IMG/VR virus record: IMGVR_UViG_3300032272_000030
Location: 1 to 42,147 of that record
DNA length: 42,147 nt
Source of the DNA: a virus
Lineage: Duplodnaviria; Caudoviricetes
Strand: one strand, 5' to 3'
Shown here: positions 37,030 through 42,147 of the stretch, in pieces
Layout of the letters: the number at the start of each line of letters is the position of its first letter
Numbering within the stretch: position 1 is the stretch's first letter
The notes under the pieces: generated by a model
What the model was told of the DNA's origin: nothing
What the model saw: the letters and a program-made list of their open reading frames with translations, nothing else
Database searches by the model: none
Position numbers and translations under genes: made by a program

Positions 37030-37305
37030 TCAAGCCCGCGGGCTGGTCTCGGAGAAGTTTTCATTCTTTGACAACATCCCCCAAAGAGGGTTCTCGTCGT
37101 AGACGAGATCATCGATCCCGCCCGCGTACCAGCGGATGCCGAACACCGATCCCTTGAAGTACGGCACGAACATCCACCCTTGTGGGTAGAGGCGCTTGAG
37201 CATCGCCGTCATATCCTCGAGGCGGTACCGAACGTGCGGATAGAGCCGTCGCTTGCGCCGCTCTCTGGCTCGGCGCAGTCGCTTGCGTGAGGTTTTCGTG
37301 CTCAT
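37030..37305 (-). CDS. 91-aa protein: Arg-rich N-terminus plus a segment homologous to the MCP N-terminus
   Basis: PLWGMLSKNENF versus MCP PFWGMLPKNENF; 35/40 nt identity to 19871-19910; ATGA overlap with VRR-NUC. Confidence 0.7.
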   Translation of the reverse strand: MSTKTSRKRLRRARERRKRRLYPHVRYRLEDMTAMLKRLYPQGWMFVPYFKGSVFGIRWYAGGIDDLVYDENPLWGMLSKNENFSETSPRA

Positions 37306-37703
37306 AGCGCGCTCTCCTCAGGGAAGCCCCAAGCCACGAGCTGCGCGATGGCCTCGGCCGCACCGTAGCAAACGGCCGCCTCCCAGCCCGCATCTCGCAG
37401 CTGCTCGAGGCAGTACAGCTGTGCAGGTGTGGCACCTGCGGGGGGCTTGGCTGCGTCGGCGGCCCGCTTCATCTCGATGGCGTACCCGCGCGGCCCGTCC
37501 GGCGTGGCAAACGGTTCCGGGATGGTGGAGAAGATCAGCAGATCGGGGATGCCCTTGCGCGTGCCCATCGCTTTGAGAATGCTCCCCTCCCTCGAACCTC
37601 GGTGGCCCTCGTTGGGGACGTGACAGAAGAAGATCTTGCGCCGCTTGAGCCACTGTGCCACGGCGATCGTCTCCTGAGTTTCGGTTAGTTGCTTCGCGGT
37701 CAC
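37302..37703 (-). CDS. VRR-NUC domain nuclease (putative junction resolvase)
   Basis: FFCHVPNEG, GIPDLLIF, YAIEMKR and TPAQ...L...GW motifs. Confidence 0.88.
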   Translation of the reverse strand: MTAKQLTETQETIAVAQWLKRRKIFFCHVPNEGHRGSREGSILKAMGTRKGIPDLLIFSTIPEPFATPDGPRGYAIEMKRAADAAKPPAGATPAQLYCLEQLRDAGWEAAVCYGAAEAIAQLVAWGFPEESAL

Positions 37704-38293
37704 GCGATCACCCGCTCCTCGTACGTGACCACCACACCGGGGATGGTCTCCCCCTCGTCGAGACCCTCCTCGATCGCGGCCATATCGGGTACCAGGTAGC
37801 GGGGAGGTATCAGCGCGGTGTTCTGAATGGCCACGAGGCGGTACCTCCGGGTCTTCGCCTGCACGACGGGCACCGCAAGAGCCTCAACTACCGCAGCTTT
37901 GGCGGCCGCAGGCTCCTCGATCTTCGCAGCCTCCTCGAGCTGCTTTCGCTGCGCCTCCTTTTGCTCCCGCAAATCCTTCTGGATGCGGGCCTTGAGTTCA
38001 TCCTTGAGCGCCTCGTACTTGCGAATCGCCGGATTGAAGAACAGGTCTACCCTCCGGCCCGCCTCCAGCGAGGGTGCCTTGAGGTCCTTGCGGGTCTTGT
38101 CCAGGCCGCGGATCTTCGCCTGCACCACCTTGAGCACCGCAACGGCCTCGTCCGAGGTCTCGATGAGCGCCACCAGCTCCTCAAACTCGTTGGCCGCGGC
38201 GAGGTTCGTAGGGGCGTTGGCCGCGGCGAGGTTGTCTGCAGAGCCGATCAGCTGCTCGATAGGTACGGGGGCGGGGTTTGGTGCGTCGACCAT
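37700..38293 (-). CDS. coiled-coil Gp157/Gam-like protein
   Basis: Long coiled coil followed by LIPPRYLVPDMAAI...IPGV at the C-terminus. Confidence 0.55.
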   Translation of the reverse strand: MVDAPNPAPVPIEQLIGSADNLAAANAPTNLAAANEFEELVALIETSDEAVAVLKVVQAKIRGLDKTRKDLKAPSLEAGRRVDLFFNPAIRKYEALKDELKARIQKDLREQKEAQRKQLEEAAKIEEPAAAKAAVVEALAVPVVQAKTRRYRLVAIQNTALIPPRYLVPDMAAIEEGLDEGETIPGVVVTYEERVIA

Positions 38294-38979
38294 CAGCCCG
38301 CCTCTCCGTTCGCGTCACTCTCGGGGAACACGGTGCCGTAGTTCGGTGCTGGTGTGACGTTGCGTCTGGGACCGAAGCTCCGAGCCCTGCGCAAGATCGC
38401 GATTGAGCGCTGGATATCCGGCATCGCGCGGTGGGGAGACCCTTTGTGCACAGGCCAACCGGCGCCCGGGAACAGTTCGATCGCGGTGCGCGCGTCGAAG
38501 TTTCGGTGCGAGAGGCGCTCGGCGGCGAGCGGCATCCAGTGTTCCAGAAACCCCCGGTCGAAGTGCACGGATTGGCCGAGAAGGGTCGGTTTGACCTCGC
38601 CGAAATTGCGGCCGATCACGAGGCACAGCTCCCCCTCGGTCTCGTCGAGCAGGAATCGCGCGCCGTACAGATGGGGGGTGCTCAGCCGCAAACCCCCGTT
38701 CCAGGGCTCAAGGAGCCCGCTACCCAGGTGCATCTTGCGGACGTACTCGTCGCATCTCTCAAGCTGCAGCGGGCTCGCGTAAACCTGGTGGTGGTACGCG
38801 TAGATCTCCTTGAGATCTTCGGTGAGGACGACGACGGCGATCTCAAGGATCCGATCCTTGCGGGGGTCGAGCCCGGTCGTCTCGATATCGATGGCGATGT
38901 AGTGTGCAGGATCGAGCCCGGCTTTCGGCGCGTCGTGGATCGTGAGGTCGGTCTTGGTCTTGGTCTTGGTTCGTGTCAT
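38293..38979 (-). CDS. orn: oligoribonuclease-like DEDDh 3'-5' exonuclease
   Basis: IDIETTGLD...ILEIAVV, MHLGSGLL, GQSVHFDRGFL, HRNFD and HRAMPDI match Orn family motifs; ATGA overlap at 38979. Confidence 0.85.
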   Translation of the reverse strand: MTRTKTKTKTDLTIHDAPKAGLDPAHYIAIDIETTGLDPRKDRILEIAVVVLTEDLKEIYAYHHQVYASPLQLERCDEYVRKMHLGSGLLEPWNGGLRLSTPHLYGARFLLDETEGELCLVIGRNFGEVKPTLLGQSVHFDRGFLEHWMPLAAERLSHRNFDARTAIELFPGAGWPVHKGSPHRAMPDIQRSIAILRRARSFGPRRNVTPAPNYGTVFPESDANGEAG

Positions 38980-39308
38980 TGACTTTCTCCGTTCAACTTC
39001 TCGCAGTTCGTGAGCTCGATGAACAGCCGTGCGGCCTCTTCGGGCTCCTCTGCTTTGTCCAAGCACCACAGCGGGCCATCGCTTCCGCCGAGCAGCTCAG
39101 GGTCGGCCATGCACTCGACCAGCCAAGCACAACCGCCGCCCTCCTGGTCGTAGCAGGCGTTGTGCTCGGTCTCGCAAACGGGTGCGGCCTCTTCGGGGGA
39201 GGTGCAGCCGAAGAGCGCGAGCACTATCACCAGGAGGGCGGGGATGATTCCGGAGACGCTCACGGTGCGGGCTTGCTCTGGGTCTTGTTCTTGCTCTGGG
39301 TCTTGCAT
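38976..39308 (-). CDS. Cys-rich acidic lipoprotein
   Basis: IIPALLVIVLALFG-C lipobox followed by six more Cys. Confidence 0.7.
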   Translation of the reverse strand: MQDPEQEQDPEQARTVSVSGIIPALLVIVLALFGCTSPEEAAPVCETEHNACYDQEGGGCAWLVECMADPELLGGSDGPLWCLDKAEEPEEAARLFIELTNCEKLNGESQ

Positions 39309-39312
39309 CTGT

Positions 39313-41100
39313 TCAACCTTCTTTCGAGTATCCCGCTCGCAGGATCTTCACGTCTACATCGGACGGCACGTGAAAATGCCAGCTATTCGCAACTTCGTTC
39401 ATTATTTCGACACCGCGGTCGGCGACCGCCTGTGCTTGACCTCTGGGGCACTCGAGCACGTTCTCATCGTGAACGAACAAGGCCTGGCGCGCGCCGTACA
39501 GAGGGGAGTCGGGCTCCGTGTACATCTCCTTGGCGAGCTTCCAGAGCGTCTCCTTTGCGATGTCGGCCTCCATCCCCTGGATCAACTGCAGCGCGATCTC
39601 ACTGTACGAGCACCCCGCCCGCAGGCGGTTGCTGCCCGGCTGCCGGACGCAGCCGTGCTCGCTGGTCTCCGCGAGCCAGTCGAAAAACGCCTGAGGTCTC
39701 CAAGTCTTGAGCCAGCCGTTCTTGTAGGAGATCGCCTGCTCTCGGGTGAGGATAACGCCCGACTGATCGCGCACGTGGGCAATGAACCTATCGATCCCCA
39801 TCGCCCCGATGAATCCGAAGTTGGGGCCCTTTGCCGTCTGGCGATCTGTCCCGAGCACCTCGCCCAGCGTGCCGTGCACGTCCTTCCCCTCGCGGAGCGC
39901 CTTCGCCATCGCGGCGCTGGGAGCGTCCTCGCCGAACATGACCACGAGCAGATGCGCCCAACACTTGAGCTGGCAGCCCGACCAGTCCATCGAGACAAAG
40001 ACGTTCCCGTCGCGGGGGACGAGACACTCGCGGTACCCCCCTTCGCGGGGGAGGTTCATGGTGGAGGGGTCGGTGGCCGAGACGCGCCCTGTTTCGAGTA
40101 GGTGATACCACGGTCGAATCATCGGCCGCATGAACGCATTGCGCATCTTCGTGCGCTCGCGACCCAGACTGGAGTACCGGACCATCCGCATGAGCGGATG
40201 CTCGGGCCCGAGACCGAGCACGACGAAATCATCCTCGGAAAGTCCAAGCCCTCGTTTGGTCTTGCGGGTGACGCCGGCCTCCTTGGCGAGTTTCTGTGCG
40301 ACCTTGATAGAGATCGAGCCGTCCGGTCTCGCGAGAGGTTCCCCGTCGACCGTGAGCTCTTGCAGGCCAGATTTCAAAACCTCCCTGTCGGCGAGCAGGC
40401 GAGCGTCGAGCGCGGCCACCTTCGCAGGGTCGGCGACCACCCCCCACAGTTGCGAGAGGTGGAGCGCCCAGTGCCCGCGCAGCTGTGCGGGCGCGTTCTC
40501 CAAAGGATCGAGCCCCTCTACGCGCACCTGTCGTTGCCGAAGATGGACGTGGAGGGTCGCCTCCGCATCGTTGCTCGCGTAGTCCGCTGCGGCTTGGGGC
40601 CAATCCTCAAGCGGTGTATCGATCAGCTCGACGTACCGCAGGCGCCAAGGGTCTTCTTTGTCGACCTTGATGCCCGAGCGTCGCTCCGCAACCGCGCCGA
40701 GGTTGAACTTGCGGCCTTTGAACTTCGGCCCGGTGAAGCCGTCCGCGATGTCGAGAAGTTTCTCCTCGAGGAGCACATCCGCGACCACCCCGCGCTCGAG
40801 CGCGTCCCACCAGGCGGTCTCGACGGGACCGAGCTCGGTGGGGTCTCGGGGCTCGTACCGTTGCGCGGTAACGATCCCATCGAACGAGCCGTTGGCTGTG
40901 GCGAGCTTCTCCGCAGGTGTCGCGTCCTTGAGGAGCCCACAGATCAGGTCCGGTACGTCTACGTCGTTGTGGTGCAGCAGCGCCGTGGCGATGCCGCCGG
41001 GCTCAGTGGGTTCCTCCCAGGACATCGACGCGCAGACCATGCGAGGGACGGGCTCCAGGTCGGAGACGAGCGAGGTTTCTGTGTCGATTGAAGTGGCCAT
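39313..41100 (-). CDS. polA: family A DNA polymerase with a 3'-5' exonuclease domain (595 aa)
   Basis: ExoI IDTET, ExoII NGSFD, ExoIII YASND; TGRVS..DP...NLPR, motif A MDWSGCQLK, motif B RQTAKGPNFG and motif C FVHDE. Confidence 0.92.
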   Translation of the reverse strand: MATSIDTETSLVSDLEPVPRMVCASMSWEEPTEPGGIATALLHHNDVDVPDLICGLLKDATPAEKLATANGSFDGIVTAQRYEPRDPTELGPVETAWWDALERGVVADVLLEEKLLDIADGFTGPKFKGRKFNLGAVAERRSGIKVDKEDPWRLRYVELIDTPLEDWPQAAADYASNDAEATLHVHLRQRQVRVEGLDPLENAPAQLRGHWALHLSQLWGVVADPAKVAALDARLLADREVLKSGLQELTVDGEPLARPDGSISIKVAQKLAKEAGVTRKTKRGLGLSEDDFVVLGLGPEHPLMRMVRYSSLGRERTKMRNAFMRPMIRPWYHLLETGRVSATDPSTMNLPREGGYRECLVPRDGNVFVSMDWSGCQLKCWAHLLVVMFGEDAPSAAMAKALREGKDVHGTLGEVLGTDRQTAKGPNFGFIGAMGIDRFIAHVRDQSGVILTREQAISYKNGWLKTWRPQAFFDWLAETSEHGCVRQPGSNRLRAGCSYSEIALQLIQGMEADIAKETLWKLAKEMYTEPDSPLYGARQALFVHDENVLECPRGQAQAVADRGVEIMNEVANSWHFHVPSDVDVKILRAGYSKEG

Positions 41101-41163
41101 TGCGTATGGGTCTCCGTGCGCTGCGGGCCTTTCACCCGCTCGCCCTCTCGGGTCACCGCACGT

Positions 41164-41694
41164 CTAGGCAGCCTTGGGAGTCGTCCAGACGTGGCCCGTG
41201 AACGGGGACTTGTTACGCTGGAACCGCGCCTGGGTGTCGAGGATCATCTCGGTCCCCTCCAGAGGGTTGGCGTCGCTGACGAGGTACTCAAGGAGCTCCT
41301 CAGCCTGGTCGTACAACTCTTTGATCGCGTTCAAGTCCGGTTTCGATTCCGCTTCGAGGTCCGCGATCTTGGAGTAGTGCTCCGCGATGTCGGGGCTCGC
41401 CGCGATAGCGAACTTCTTGACGTCGGTGGCGCCCGGGTTCCCGCCGCCAGCGATCGGCGACATCTTGACGTACCAATCCTTGTCGACCCCCACGGCAGGG
41501 AAGGGCTTGCCTTCCGGGTCCGCCGCCTCCGAGGGGGCTGCGAGGATCTCCAGCACCGTGAACGCCACGATGAAAGCGGGCTTGTCAATGAACTTGCACC
41601 CGAGGATCTTGACGCGGAGCTTTGCGTCGAGCCAGGGCATGTACGACCCGCGCGTTGAGTCCTGCGCGTCTACTACTGAACTAAATCTTCCCAT
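41164..41694 (-). CDS. putative ssDNA-binding (OB-fold-like) replication protein
   Basis: Strong AAAGGA SD; beta-rich; directly upstream of the polymerase. Function is inferred from synteny only. Confidence 0.5.
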   Translation of the reverse strand: MGRFSSVVDAQDSTRGSYMPWLDAKLRVKILGCKFIDKPAFIVAFTVLEILAAPSEAADPEGKPFPAVGVDKDWYVKMSPIAGGGNPGATDVKKFAIAASPDIAEHYSKIADLEAESKPDLNAIKELYDQAEELLEYLVSDANPLEGTEMILDTQARFQRNKSPFTGHVWTTPKAA

Positions 41695-41735
41695 GTTTCT
41701 TGTTCCTTTCGTTTCTTGTTGTACGGCATGAGGGC

Positions 41736-41846
41736 CGCAAGCTGGGGGAGTTTGGTAGTCGTGCTGCCGGTCTGCTAAGACGGACTAACGCCCTAGTCCT
41801 GTTACAGCCCAAACTCCCCCAGCTTGCGAACCGCTTGCGCGGTCCT
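41736..41846 (-). ncRNA. structured intergenic RNA: GNRA hairpin plus a perfect 20-bp stem enclosing a multi-branch junction
   Basis: CGCAAGCTGGGGGAGTTTGG (41736-41755) is the perfect inverse of 41809-41828; inner hairpins GGACTA/TAGTCC and GTCT/AGAC; flanking GGACCGC-GCAA-GCGGTTC. Confidence 0.65.
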
Positions 41847-41853
41847 GGGGACC

Positions 41854-42147
41854 CTAGGGGCGTGCTGGGATCCTCATCTTCGGCTCCCGACAGCCGGTGT
41901 TCTCGACCAGGACCGCCGCACCAGCGCACTCGTACGTCTTGATGCGCCCCTCGCCAAAGTTGAAGTTGCACGAGACGTAACCGTCGTGGTCCGTGTCCTT
42001 GGTGTTGCAGACGACGGTCGGGTCACCGAGGTGCATCTCCGCGGACCACTTCTTGGCGGACTTTTCTGCGGCCTCTTTGTGGGCGCCGGTGTAGTTGAAG
42101 CAGCCCGTGACCGTAGCGGCCACGACGACACAGATGAGGGCAAGGCT
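41854..42147 (-). CDS. 3' part of the junction-spanning Cys-rich lipoprotein (about 106 aa in total)
   Basis: Mature part CFNYTG...CNTKDTDHDGYVSC...C...GC, with a DxDxDG Ca-binding-like loop. Confidence 0.8.
   Translation of the reverse strand, partial: SLALICVVVAATVTGCFNYTGAHKEAAEKSAKKWSAEMHLGDPTVVCNTKDTDHDGYVSCNFNFGEGRIKTYECAGAAVLVENTGCREPKMRIPARP
42021..42147. repeat. 127-bp terminal direct repeat, copy 2
   Basis: Identical to 1-127. Confidence 0.93.

Noticed and set aside
19871-37089. Diversity-generating retroelement TR/VR pair, or invertible-segment ends, for the 40-bp MCP repeat
   Set aside because: No reverse transcriptase or invertase is present, the mismatches are not adenine-specific, and the repeat is at the gene 5' end.
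39313-41100. Z-genome (DpoZ/PurZ) system
   Set aside because: I recognised no PurZ, DatZ or MazZ-like ORF in the genome.
41736-41828. Retron msr-msd with a1/a2 inverted repeats
   Set aside because: No reverse transcriptase is encoded, and the enclosed 53 nt is too short and lacks a long msd hairpin.

Overview
The window looks like a complete, circularly assembled genome of a GC-rich tailed dsDNA phage. Bases 1-127 are identical to 42021-42147, giving about 42,020 bp of unique sequence. The layout is podovirus-like. A plus-strand late region (about 11.0-36.3 kb) carries an HTH/TerS-like gene, a lysis cassette with a peptidase M15 endolysin, TerL, a GNAT, portal, scaffold, major capsid protein (MCP), adaptor, decoration/tail proteins, a split nozzle-like gene and three ejection-type proteins. 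A minus-strand replication operon runs from about 4.1 kb across the junction to 36.3 kb and encodes an RHH regulator, a Cas4/RecB-like exonuclease, a tRNA-like RNA, an SF2 helicase, lipoproteins, an SSB-like protein, a family A DNA polymerase, an Orn-like exonuclease, a Gp157/Gam-like protein and a VRR-NUC nuclease. There is also a plus-strand primase-helicase plus cytosine methyltransferase pair, and a minus-strand block of small accessory genes separated by a repeated double-hairpin element. I found no integrase, partition genes, reverse transcriptase or CRISPR array. The Cys-rich lipoproteins weakly suggest a Myxococcota-like diderm host (inference). The most notable observations are a 91-aa replication-operon protein carrying a copy of the MCP N-terminal segment, a non-canonical 8/5 tRNA-like RNA with an 8-nt anticodon loop, a repeated structured element at the start of each accessory gene, a structured leader before the SSB-like gene, a split nozzle gene, and a PolA with altered sugar-gate and O-helix residues. 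All product calls rest on motifs and gene order read by eye; no database searches were run.
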